Positions 42,030-51,800 of a stretch of 64,000 bases of DNA are shown here, piece after piece. Source of the DNA: a bacterium (lineage in GTDB: Bacteria; Patescibacteriota; Minisyncoccia; Phycocordibacterales; UBA918); contig JAYSUD010000001.1 in the NCBI GenBank assembly GCA_043719295.1, positions 28,943-92,942 on the forward strand, given 5' to 3'. The notes beneath the pieces are model-generated. The model had not been told where the DNA came from, did no database searches, and saw nothing but the letters and a program-made list of their open reading frames with translations. Position 1 is the first letter of the stretch. Every line of letters begins with the position of its first letter. Both the position numbers and the translations under genes were made by a program.

Positions 42030-42600
42030 AAATGAGCTACAGAGTGAAAAAGTCTGGGAGACTTTTGCAAGAGGTTGACTACTATTTTGAATAAAATAGT
42101 GACAACCTGAACAGCTTCTGTAAGAAGTAGCGACAATAGCGAATTTCCGTCCCAGTTTCCGCCTTGCCCGAGAGTATAGTTTAGAACCTCGGCGTTAGCC
42201 GTGTTCTAAACTATGATCGGCGGAAACTGCTGGACGTCTCCAAAACTAAAACTAACTCTGTCTACTGTAGCGACTATTCTGAATTTCCGTCAGTGATTTT
42301 TATTCCTAATAAAATCATCGACGTCTCTAAAACTACAATATACTTTGTCAGCAGTAGCGACAATAGCGAATTTCCGCCCCAGTTTCTTTCCTACAGAAAC
42401 GGTTCACTTTGTCACTTTTTCTTCAATATATTAAAGAAAAAGTAGTCAAAGTCTTGCGAAGTGACGTTTAGTCACTTCTCACCTTGCCCGAGAGTATAGT
42501 TTAGAACCTCGGCGCTAGCCGTGTTCTAAACTGTGATCGGCGGAAACTGCTGGACGTCCCGAACGTTTAGTTAAATTAGCTCATCTCAAACAAAGTACTA
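42030..42600. repeat. Cluster of family-1 elements (42128-42245; short copy 42268-42340; 42352-42565 carrying a nested extra hairpin) preceded by family-3 hairpin (42040-42075)
   Basis: GTAGCGACAATAGCGAATTTCCGTCCCAGTTTCCGCCTTGCCCGAGAGTATAGTTTAGAACCTCGGCGTTAGCCGTGTTCTAAACTATGATCGGCGGAAACTGCTGGACGTCTCCAA; the third copy has a ~80-bp insertion forming its own stem (GTCACTTTTTCTTCAATATATTAAAGAAAAAGTAGTCAAAG...). Confidence 0.75.
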
Positions 42601-42633
42601 CTTTACATATCAATTTGTGCATAAAACTTCAAT

Positions 42634-43674
42634 TTGAATGTCTACTCACGGTATACTAAACATATGAAAATCTTTCTCCCGATTTTAGCTTTATTCTTTT
42701 TGGTATGTTTGAAGGCTGACGCGGCGTCACTCTATATGGACCCAAACAACACTGAACTTAAACGTGGTGACACCATTAAGGTTTCGGTACGTTTAGATAC
42801 CGAAGAAGGTGAATGTGTGAATGCAGTAGATGGAGTAATTACCTACACTGAGAACATTCAGCCCGTTGATACCTCCAGAGGCAGTTCAATTTTTAGTATG
42901 TGGGTTGAGGAACCTGTTATTGATAAAGTAAAACGAACTATTACTTTTGCTGGGGGAATTCCAAATGGGTACTGTGGACGTATTCCTGGAGATCCTCGCC
43001 TTACTAACAACATTGTCGATCTCTTATTTCAATCACCGGGGATGCAAATTGGAACAACGGAAAGCGGAAACGAGGCCTTAATTGAATTTAATCCAAGTAC
43101 TCAAGTATATTTAAATGATGGATTTGGAACAGTAGCACAAACCTCTTTTTTCGGCTCAAAAATAATTCTTTCCAAAGACGCAGGTGCTACTCAAATCAAT
43201 CCATGGCAAGAAGCTGTTGTAGATGATGCAATTGCTCCTGAGAAATTTAGTATTGCCCTTGAACGTACAACAAACGCTTTCAGTAATGATTATTTTATTG
43301 TGTTTAACACAACAGACAAACAGTCAGGTATTGATCACTATGAAATAATTGAGGAACCACTTAATTCTAAAAATCTTTTTGGTTGGGGAGCTGAAACTGC
43401 ACCATGGCGTGAAATAAAAAGCCCATATGTACTTGAAGATCAGTCGCTTAACAGTACTATCAGAGTTAAAGCAATTGATAAGGCGGGTAATGAATATATT
43501 GCAATTTATGTTGTGGAAGAAGAGAAGCGAACAATTTCAAAGAATACGCTCTATACAATAGGAGGTGCAGTGATTCTTGTCACAATCTTACTGGGACTTC
43601 TTGTTATTGGTATAACACTTATAAGAAGACGAAAAATGAATGTGGTTATACCAGTTGAAGATTCTATTAAATAA
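42634..43674 (+). CDS. Cohesin-like domain protein with Ig-like second domain and C-terminal TM anchor
   Basis: Signal peptide; ASLYMDPNNTELKRGDTIKVSVRLDTEEGECVNAVDGVITYTENIQPVD...ITFAGGIPNG cohesin-like beta-sandwich pattern; C-terminal TM LYTIGGAVILVTILLGLLVIGITLI + RRRK. Confidence 0.45.
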   Translation: MNVYSRYTKHMKIFLPILALFFLVCLKADAASLYMDPNNTELKRGDTIKVSVRLDTEEGECVNAVDGVITYTENIQPVDTSRGSSIFSMWVEEPVIDKVKRTITFAGGIPNGYCGRIPGDPRLTNNIVDLLFQSPGMQIGTTESGNEALIEFNPSTQVYLNDGFGTVAQTSFFGSKIILSKDAGATQINPWQEAVVDDAIAPEKFSIALERTTNAFSNDYFIVFNTTDKQSGIDHYEIIEEPLNSKNLFGWGAETAPWREIKSPYVLEDQSLNSTIRVKAIDKAGNEYIAIYVVEEEKRTISKNTLYTIGGAVILVTILLGLLVIGITLIRRRKMNVVIPVEDSIK

Positions 43675-43678
43675 TCAT

Positions 43679-45442
43679 ATGCAACAACAAACAGTATCTG
43701 CAGTTGCTCACATAAAAAAGCTTATTGTAGTATTTTGTTTTCTCTTTTTCTTAGTATCGATTGACACGGCGTTTGGAGCAACTTTATCAGTTTCACCGGC
43801 AACAGGTGTCTATACAGCTGGGCAAACATTTACTGCTAGAGTTGTGGTCAACACCAGTGGCGCAGCGGTAAATGCAGCTGACGGTACACTATCATTCAAA
43901 CCAAGCGAAATTAGTGTCGTGAGCGTTGCCAAAGGTTCAATTTTTAATCTTTGGACGGCAGACCCATCATTTTCAAACGCAAACGGTACAATAACTTTTA
44001 GTGGAGGAAGTCCAACGGGCTACACAGGGAGCGCTGGTACGGTAATTAGTGTTACCTTTAAAGCAAAGGCAGCAGGCAGTCCCAAAGTCTCATTTTCAAG
44101 TGGTTCAGTGTTAGCAGCTGACGGTAGAGGGACTAACGTTCTTTCAACAATGAATGGAGGAGCTTTTACTATTACTGCACAAGAAACACAGCCACAGGCT
44201 GAAGTAGTTGTTGAATATATAGCGCCAGCGAATACCCCAAGTGCTCCCAAGGTAGAATCAGCAACACATGGAGACCAGACAAAGTGGTATACCAATAAAA
44301 ACGCAGAGCTAACGTGGAGTGTTGGAAGTGACATCGTTGCTGTCCGCACATTACTTGATGCAAACAAAACAACGGTTCCGACAAAAGTCTATGAAGAGCC
44401 GCTTCGAAAAATTTCGCTTTCTGATTTAAGTGAAGGTGTACAGTATTTCCATGTGCAACTTAAAAATGCTGATGGTTGGGGAAAGGTGACTCACTATAGA
44501 CTTGCAATAGATACACAGAAACCAGAATCATTAGAGCTCTCTCTTAAGCCAGATTCTGATTTATCAAGTTCACTTCAAACGCTCAGTATAAAAAGTTCTG
44601 ATGTAACATCAAAAGTTATACGATTTATGGTTCGGATTGATGACAAAGAGCCATTTGAATATATAGACGTACAAGGTAGTTCAACTATTCCGCTTCCATC
44701 TTTGGAGCCTGGGTATCACACTGTTATTGTTGAAGCGTTTGACGAGGCTTCAAACGGTATAATCAATTCTCTTTCATTTACGATTTTAGCATTTGATAAA
44801 CCGCAATTTACTGAATACCCTCAAGAAATTAACGAACAGGTTATTCCAGTAATAAAAGGTATAACACGTCCTAAATCAAAAGTTGTGGTAACGTTAACCG
44901 AACTTGGAGGTGGCACGTCTTCAAACAAAGTGGTAACCCAAGAAGTAACAAGTTCCGATACGGGGGAATTTATATTTATTCCAAACGGCAGACTCACTGT
45001 TGGAGTGTATGAACTTACCGCCGTTGCGGTAGATCAATATGGAGCACAAAGTAGTGTCTCGGATGTGGTGCGTATAGCAGTCCAGCAACCAGGTTACTTA
45101 CGACTTGGTAGTTTTATGGTGAGTTTCTTGTCGGTTCTCATTCCACTTTGTGCACTTGTGGCAGTTATGGTGTTTGGAGCATGGTTGTTGTATCTTAAAC
45201 TCAGATTGTTTAAAAAGGGAGTGAGAAGGGAGTCAAAAGAAGCTGAAGTAATTCTCGCAACTGAGTTTGAACACTTACAAAGTGAAATACTCTATCAGCG
45301 AACACTTCTTGAAGATTCAAGAAAAACAAAAAAGCTCACCAAAGCTGAATTGCTACTCTTTGATACGCTTACTAGTGCACTCATGAAATCCCAACAGAAA
45401 GTACAGAAAGAGATTGAAGACGTTGAACACCTAGTAGAATAA
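43679..45442 (+). CDS. Membrane-anchored cohesin-like domain protein (cohesin-like N-domain, Ig-like repeats, C-terminal TM, cytoplasmic coiled coil); architecture parallels 10286..11851
   Basis: ATLSVSPATGVYTAGQTFTARVVVNTSGAAVNAADGTLSFKPSEISVVSVAKGSIFNLWTADP...VSFSSGSVLAADGRGTNVLSTMNGGAFTITA, clear paralog of the 10286 protein module; C-terminal TM + KLRLFKKGVRRESKEAEV... coiled coil. Start moved to ATG 43679 (the track start at 43640 overlaps the upstream gene). Confidence 0.5.
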   Translation: MQQQTVSAVAHIKKLIVVFCFLFFLVSIDTAFGATLSVSPATGVYTAGQTFTARVVVNTSGAAVNAADGTLSFKPSEISVVSVAKGSIFNLWTADPSFSNANGTITFSGGSPTGYTGSAGTVISVTFKAKAAGSPKVSFSSGSVLAADGRGTNVLSTMNGGAFTITAQETQPQAEVVVEYIAPANTPSAPKVESATHGDQTKWYTNKNAELTWSVGSDIVAVRTLLDANKTTVPTKVYEEPLRKISLSDLSEGVQYFHVQLKNADGWGKVTHYRLAIDTQKPESLELSLKPDSDLSSSLQTLSIKSSDVTSKVIRFMVRIDDKEPFEYIDVQGSSTIPLPSLEPGYHTVIVEAFDEASNGIINSLSFTILAFDKPQFTEYPQEINEQVIPVIKGITRPKSKVVVTLTELGGGTSSNKVVTQEVTSSDTGEFIFIPNGRLTVGVYELTAVAVDQYGAQSSVSDVVRIAVQQPGYLRLGSFMVSFLSVLIPLCALVAVMVFGAWLLYLKLRLFKKGVRRESKEAEVILATEFEHLQSEILYQRTLLEDSRKTKKLTKAELLLFDTLTSALMKSQQKVQKEIEDVEHLVE

Positions 45443-45452
45443 TTTTAATTTC

Positions 45453-46127
45453 ATGTTTACAGTTACCTCGACAAACAAAAAAACGATACTTAATGCTTTC
45501 GTGATACTTTTTTTGCTATTAGTTTGTGTATTTGTGTATATACGCCAAAATCAAGAAAAATTTGTTGCACATACAAAATTGAAAATTTCTGAACAACAAA
45601 CAACTCTTTCTTCAATTGCGTTGCTTACCTCAAAGGACGGTGCAGACATGGTCGTTTCAAAAATTATTAAAGATTGCAGTCCTGAAAACAGAGCTTTGTT
45701 TGATGAAAAGTTGAGTAACTTACCGCAACTTAAAGGGCAGGAGCTTGTACAAATGGAACAACTTTTTAATGCATGTGGGAATTTTTTCGCTGAACAAAAT
45801 GCAGTAATGGTCGCGCGCCTTACACGTGAGTATGAATTCTATGCTGATCTTATTGAGATCAATTCTGTTGTTGGTAAACGATTTGATGAGCGAGTATACA
45901 AAAAAGAAGAATGGGAACAACTTGTTCTCCTTGCAACCAAACGTAGTGAATTATCAACAAAACTTGTTGACGCACAAGGAGCTATAATTCGAGCACTTAG
46001 AAATAATGTGACTATAGCCTCAGATGTGATGCAGGCGGAACTTGTTGAAGCACAAAAAACAAAACAGGAACTTGTAACTGTAACTCTTGATATTGACTCA
46101 CGTCTGCAACAGATCCTTAATCTATGA
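45453..46127 (+). CDS. N-terminally membrane-anchored helical protein, unknown function
   Basis: Single N-terminal TM (ILNAFVILFLLLVCVFVYI), otherwise charged/helical; no recognised motif. Confidence 0.4.
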   Translation: MFTVTSTNKKTILNAFVILFLLLVCVFVYIRQNQEKFVAHTKLKISEQQTTLSSIALLTSKDGADMVVSKIIKDCSPENRALFDEKLSNLPQLKGQELVQMEQLFNACGNFFAEQNAVMVARLTREYEFYADLIEINSVVGKRFDERVYKKEEWEQLVLLATKRSELSTKLVDAQGAIIRALRNNVTIASDVMQAELVEAQKTKQELVTVTLDIDSRLQQILNL

Positions 46128-46894
46128 CCCTATTTAAAAAAATATTATATTTTTTTTGTGCAAGCTGTCGTCCTAACCGAAGCAGCACCGTTCGTTACGC
46201 CTTTCCACTTGTTTTTACCCTCGCTGCATTCTTAGGCGCTGCAGTTATCGTAACTGATAATAAATCCTTTATTCATCTTGAATCTTCTGTTGCTTCAGTT
46301 AATGCAGGAGAATCATTTCAGATAGAAATCTATGTTTCTGCACATGTTCCGGTTAATGCTGTAGACATCACGCTTGAGTTTCCAAAAAACCAGATTAAAG
46401 TTACAAGTATTGATAAAGGGGAATCAGTGTTGACCTTATGGACACAAGAACCAAGGGTTGAAAATAATAAAGTGTATTTAACGGGAGGTACGTTTAGAAG
46501 AGGTTTTATTGGTGACCACCTCATCGCAACTATCAATGCCCGTGCAATTCAATCAGGTTTAGCAAAATTCAGTGTAGATAATGTTTCACTTCTTGCGGGC
46601 GACGGTTCAGGTTCAAAAGTTTCTGTAACTAAAAATGATAAGGAAAGTGCAACACTCTACATAACAAATGCAGATGGTACTAAAACACAGGGAACTGAGG
46701 CTGTGGGGGTACAGGGAGTAACTTCGGTTGTGATCATAACCGACATTGATGGCGATGGACAAGTTACATTAGCCGATATAAGTCGTTTTATGTCAGCATG
46801 GAATACAAAAACAATCACCTATGACTTTAACGGTGATGGTGCTATGTCGTTTAGAGATTTTGGGATAATACTCGCCGATTCCTTCCTCCGCTAA
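46124..46894 (+). CDS. Adaptor-like protein with cohesin-like domain plus C-terminal dockerin
   Basis: N-terminal TM/signal; ...VNAGESFQIEIYVSAHVPVNAVDITLEFPKNQIKVTSIDKGESVLTLWTQEP...FSVDNVSLLAGDGSGSKVSV cohesin-like; C-terminus DIDGDGQVTLADISRFMSAW...DFNGDGAMSFRDFGIILADSF dockerin repeats. Confidence 0.55.
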   Translation: MTLFKKILYFFCASCRPNRSSTVRYAFPLVFTLAAFLGAAVIVTDNKSFIHLESSVASVNAGESFQIEIYVSAHVPVNAVDITLEFPKNQIKVTSIDKGESVLTLWTQEPRVENNKVYLTGGTFRRGFIGDHLIATINARAIQSGLAKFSVDNVSLLAGDGSGSKVSVTKNDKESATLYITNADGTKTQGTEAVGVQGVTSVVIITDIDGDGQVTLADISRFMSAWNTKTITYDFNGDGAMSFRDFGIILADSFLR

Positions 46895-46896
46895 AC

Positions 46897-47020
46897 AAAA
46901 GCCTAAAACTGGCACATTTCTGCGTTGCGCTACGCAAAATGTTCCTCACCGTACTATACGTACGACTCGTCACACTTTGCTTGCACGCCTTGAACTGCAC
47001 TCAGTTTTAGGCTTCTGCAC
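46897..47020 (+). repeat. Family-2 element (copy R3)
   Basis: Outer inverted repeat AGCCTAAAACTGGCAC / GCACTCAGTTTTAGGCT around core CTGCGTTGCGCTACGCAAAATGTTCCTCACCGTACTATACGTACGACTCGTCAC. Confidence 0.6.
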
Positions 47021-47167
47021 TGAGTCGTAATTTGTTTCGAAGTTTACAGATTTCGAATGTTGATAAGTTAAAACGGGGGATTGGCTAAAAAGGTACAATA
47101 GGTATGTGATGGGGATAGTATACAAATACTTGATACCGTATCCTGCTTAGAACACTCTGCTTTTTAC

Positions 47168-48817
47168 ATGCATCAACACCACAAAGAAAATATAGGTTAT
47201 ACAAAAACAACACTCTATAGTGTGGTTTTTGAAAGTTGGTATGTAAAAAGTGCGGTATTTTCTCTTTTTATACTTTTATTGATTCAACCAATTGCTCCTG
47301 CCTTAGCTTCTCTAGAAGAAGGTGACGCACCAGAGCCATCGTTTATATCTCCGACATTTGACACTCCTGAAGTTATTGTAAATTCACCGGTACCTGAAGA
47401 AATAAAAGAAGCCGAAGTTGTTTCCGAAGATGTGTCTCAAAGTGCTGGTGTAGGTACCGAAGTAACACCAGAACAAACAGCAACAATTGTTGCTGAAACT
47501 GAAACTACTATCCCTCTTCCTGTAACTCAAGAACCTTTACCTAATTCAGTAGAACAAACTCAGAATGCCTCAACCTCAGATACAGAAGTTTCTGTGTTAC
47601 CACCTGTTGTTATAGATGAAGAAGTGATAACAGAAACTGAAGTTCAGAGTAGTTCAACATTGCCAAGTGCAACCACAAGTCCAAGTACGGAATTAGAAGA
47701 AGTAGTTGAGGAAGTTATTCAATCAGAAGAAAGTACAACAACAGTAGCTTCGATTGTCGCAACTTCTACTGATGCGGTATTTGGGCGACCTGCTAAAGCG
47801 TTTGAATTTGATACAAAAGAATGTGCGAGCGTTGGTGACGGTGCCTATTATTGTAGTACACCCAAAGACCTGGTTGATCCGCTACAAGATGGGGTATTCG
47901 CACTTCCTGATAATGATGGCGATTTAGAGATTTTTGTCCGAGTAGGAGGGAGTGAAAATAAACTAACCGACAACAAGGTTGACGATAGTGCCCCATACTT
48001 TGATGCAGTATCGAAACGTATCGTGTGGCACACGAGTATCGACGATAGGTACCAAATCATTTCATACGACACAGAAACAACAGAAAAAACACTGATAACA
48101 AAAACCTCATATAACAACATGGAACCTGTGGCATCCGGCAACGTGACACTGTGGCAGGCATGGATTGGTAACAACTGGGAAATAATGATGTATGACAATG
48201 AAGCCGTAGTCCAGCTTACCAACAATACACAACAAGATGTGTCGCCCCACATGCGAGAAGGATATATTGTTTGGCAAACTCAGTTTACAGACGGGTGGAA
48301 AGTAGCAGTGTATGATCAAAAAACAAAAACCATTGAGTACATAAACTCTGAAGGTGGACTTAAAGTAGAAAACCCACGTTTTGTTTTGGTCTATGACAGT
48401 ACAAACGAACAAGGTGATATACAGACTGTAGGATATGATTTAAATAATAAACAGTCGTTTACACTTGGAAGTCTACCTGCACAGTTACCTGAACAACTTC
48501 CCGAGCCTGACCAAACAGGAGAAACGCGTGCTTTGATACAAAATAAACAAAGTTCAAAAGAAGGTGACACAGAAGTGATTGATATACCCCTCCCATCTTC
48601 AGGTAATACCACTTCTACAGCAACAAGTTCTGTGTCATCTCTTGACCTCAGTGTGGGCACAACATCACAAACAAGTGCGACTTCGTCACCAACAGTAATC
48701 TCTGATGTCCTCATCCCTAGCTACACCGCAACTTCAACCGAGAGTCAAGATGTAATTACCATTCCCGACCTAGTTATTCCACCAAACAGTGCTACAACAA
48801 CTGAAGAAATAAGTTAA
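47168..48817 (+). CDS. Secreted/anchored acidic Ser/Thr-rich protein with probable beta-propeller-like (W-x-x-YD) repeats; unknown function
   Basis: N-terminal TM; repeated ...VWHTSIDDRYQIISYD / LWQAWIGNNWEIMMYDNE / VWQTQFTDGWKVAVYDQKT blocks; long acidic and S/T-rich low-complexity tails. Confidence 0.4.
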   Translation: MHQHHKENIGYTKTTLYSVVFESWYVKSAVFSLFILLLIQPIAPALASLEEGDAPEPSFISPTFDTPEVIVNSPVPEEIKEAEVVSEDVSQSAGVGTEVTPEQTATIVAETETTIPLPVTQEPLPNSVEQTQNASTSDTEVSVLPPVVIDEEVITETEVQSSSTLPSATTSPSTELEEVVEEVIQSEESTTTVASIVATSTDAVFGRPAKAFEFDTKECASVGDGAYYCSTPKDLVDPLQDGVFALPDNDGDLEIFVRVGGSENKLTDNKVDDSAPYFDAVSKRIVWHTSIDDRYQIISYDTETTEKTLITKTSYNNMEPVASGNVTLWQAWIGNNWEIMMYDNEAVVQLTNNTQQDVSPHMREGYIVWQTQFTDGWKVAVYDQKTKTIEYINSEGGLKVENPRFVLVYDSTNEQGDIQTVGYDLNNKQSFTLGSLPAQLPEQLPEPDQTGETRALIQNKQSSKEGDTEVIDIPLPSSGNTTSTATSSVSSLDLSVGTTSQTSATSSPTVISDVLIPSYTATSTESQDVITIPDLVIPPNSATTTEEIS

Positions 48818-48832
48818 AATAAAAGGGTATTT

Positions 48833-51800
48833 ATGAACCGACGGCTGTATAACACCGGTAGCTTTTTAGTTGCATATAAATTTCTCTCGATATTACTTAT
48901 CGTTTCTTTTTTCTTTGGAAATCTAGGAGCACTTTTTAATTTTAATACTGCAGAAAAAGCAGAAGCTGCACAGGTGACTATTGATTCAGCAGCTGATGTA
49001 ACGGGAGCTTCGCATATTCATGGTGCAAGTCAATCAGTTTTTATTTCAGATCAAGTTGGATATAAGTTTTATCGTGACGCCCCTGGGTATTGCGTATATA
49101 AAAAAACATCTGACGGAGGATCAACATGGAGTTCTACTACTACTGTAGATGCGCAAATTGACTGTGTAGGAATTTCTGTGTGGTATGACAGATGGACGCC
49201 TGGAGACACGGGTACGAATATTCATATCGTTACCATTGATACTGGTAACGATGATCCTTGGTATAACAGATTAGATACTAATGGTGACACACGTCTTCTT
49301 GGTTCCGCTCCTGTAAGTGCAATCCTTGGGCCACCCGCACAAGGTGCTAATACATTTACTGCGCTTTCAAACTATCCAGCAATTACCAAAGGAACGGATG
49401 GAACGGTGTACATTGCCGTTAGCGACAACGTCGATTCGTATATTGTTGAATGTTCCATTACCTGTCAAACTGCAGCGAATTGGACTGAAACAGGGCCTAC
49501 TGGTACTTTGCCTGCAACACCTGACTTTAACTTGTTGGTTCCACTTGCAAGTGGAAATATTATGCTTATCAATCGTTTGATTGCGTCTGAAGATATTCGA
49601 AGTAAAATTTGGAACAATACAGCGTGGTCGGGTACATGGACGGTAATAGAAGGCAATGGAACTGACAACACTACCTATCCAGTTGGCATGGCTGCAACAG
49701 TAAGCTCCACTACTCCTGGCAATGTGTATTTGGCGTATGTTGCGAGCAACGCAACACTTGGGACTGACGATCAAGTGCGAACACATCGCTATACCGGCGG
49801 TGCTTGGGCAACCACAACGAGCGTCTTAACAGGAACTACTCGTGGTTTAACAAACGTTGCTATCGCATTAGATGCATCAAATGACGATGTATATGTAGCA
49901 TATACTGGGAGGACTACAGCGACTGCGTCGTCAACAGGTAATGTGTATTGGAAAAAATCCTTAGATGACATGGCTACATGGAGTGTTGAATCGCCAGTTA
50001 TTAACACAACATCCAATGATATGTACGGTGTTGACTTAAATATCTCAAGTAATGAGCGGATACAAGCAACGTGGTTTGATAATGCACGAGATGATATTTA
50101 TACTGATACCATTGCTGATGTTTTTTCAGGTATTCATGCGACAACCACGGGTTCTCATACAGGAAGTGCAACTGCAAGTACTTCGAATTTTTATGTTGGT
50201 GGTGCATTTGTCTTATCTCAAAACTACAAAACACAAGATATAACGGACATTACAATTACTGAAAATGGAACAATTGATGGTGATGCTAATATTTCAAACA
50301 TCAAATTGTTTTATGAAATGGATACAACGTTGCCATACAATTGTGCAAGTGTGTCGTATGGGGGTGGCGAATCTCAGTTTGGATCAACTGATACCTCTGG
50401 TTTTTCTGGTCCAAACGGTGTGTCGACATTTTCGGGAACAACGGTGTCAGTTGGCACCACCTCAACAATGTGTGGGTATGTAGTACTCGATATTTTGAAC
50501 TCAACACCAAACGGTTCTACTATTGATCTTTCAATTAACAATCCTGCAACAGATGTCACTGTTACAAATGGAACTGCAGGTCCACCCACCGCACAAACAA
50601 TGACTGGCGCTACAACAGTTACTAACGACAACCTCACACAAATTCGGTATCACTGGCGTAATGATGATAATACTGAAGCTTTGGCAACATCTAAAACGGG
50701 GGGTACTGAAGGGATTTCTTTTAGTGGGTACCAACGTACTCCTGTTCGTTTACGTATGGAAGTTTCAAACGAAGGGGGTGCATCTTCACTTGCTACTCAG
50801 TACAGACTTGAATACAGTCTTGCAACTACAAGTTGTAACTTAGCTACAGGTTGGACAGACGTTGGTGCTTCAAACGGTGACTTTGATATGTCGCCAAGTG
50901 CAAATCTTACCGATGGAAACGATACAACAAATATTGCGGTAGCCCAAGGAGGGGTTACTAATGAAAATACCACTTTTTTAACTCCAAACGGTGGAGTTAA
51001 AGATACTTCTTCGCAAACAGGAAATATTACACTCAGTACTACACAATACGTTGAGCTTGAATACTCAATCATCGCTTCAACTACTGCAGCAGATGGAAAC
51101 ACGTACTGTATGCGGCTTACCAATGCAGGAACACCACTTGATACGTATTCAGTATATCCACAAGTTACTATTCAAGCCGATGTGAATCTTACAACACGTT
51201 TAACACAGACAGCAAACCTCAATGTGCCCTCAACAAACCAAAATGTCGGTGGACAATTTGTACTCACTGATGCAACGGGGTCCCACACTATTACCTCTAT
51301 CAAGCTCACGGAAAACGGAACGGTCAATGCACAAACAGGCTTAGACAATATTCGACTTAAATATGATTTTGATACAACCGCCCCGTATGACTGTGCGAGT
51401 GAATCGTATGGGGGGAGTGAAGCACAGTTTGGAGCAACAAGTACGGCTAGTTTTAGTGGGACTAACGGAACAACAACCTTTTCAGGATCGCTTGGAGTTA
51501 CTACTACTCAAACTGTGTGTATGTATACCGTGCTTGACGTAACAACTTCAGCATCAAACGGACAAACGGTGGAAGTGGAAATAAGTAACGCAACAACTGA
51601 CGCAACCCTTACGTCCGGAAGTTCTGCTCCTTCTAGTGCTCGAGCGCTCCCCGGAACTACAACACTTGTTGGTGCGGTGCTTACCCAGTCTCGCTATCAT
51701 TTTAGAGCCGACAACGGTACTGAAGCTGCTGCAACGTCACTTACAGGAGGGAATGAAAATACAGCATTAACAAATGTCTCACAGAACACTCCCGTTAGAA

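Noticed and set aside
31351-42600. Integron attC sites (structure-conserved, sequence-variable imperfect palindromes)
   Set aside because: No intI integrase and no GTTRRRY core consistently at the ends. Copies occur in tandem without intervening cassette ORFs and also inside an operon between ABC genes. Kept only as an analogy for structure-over-sequence conservation.
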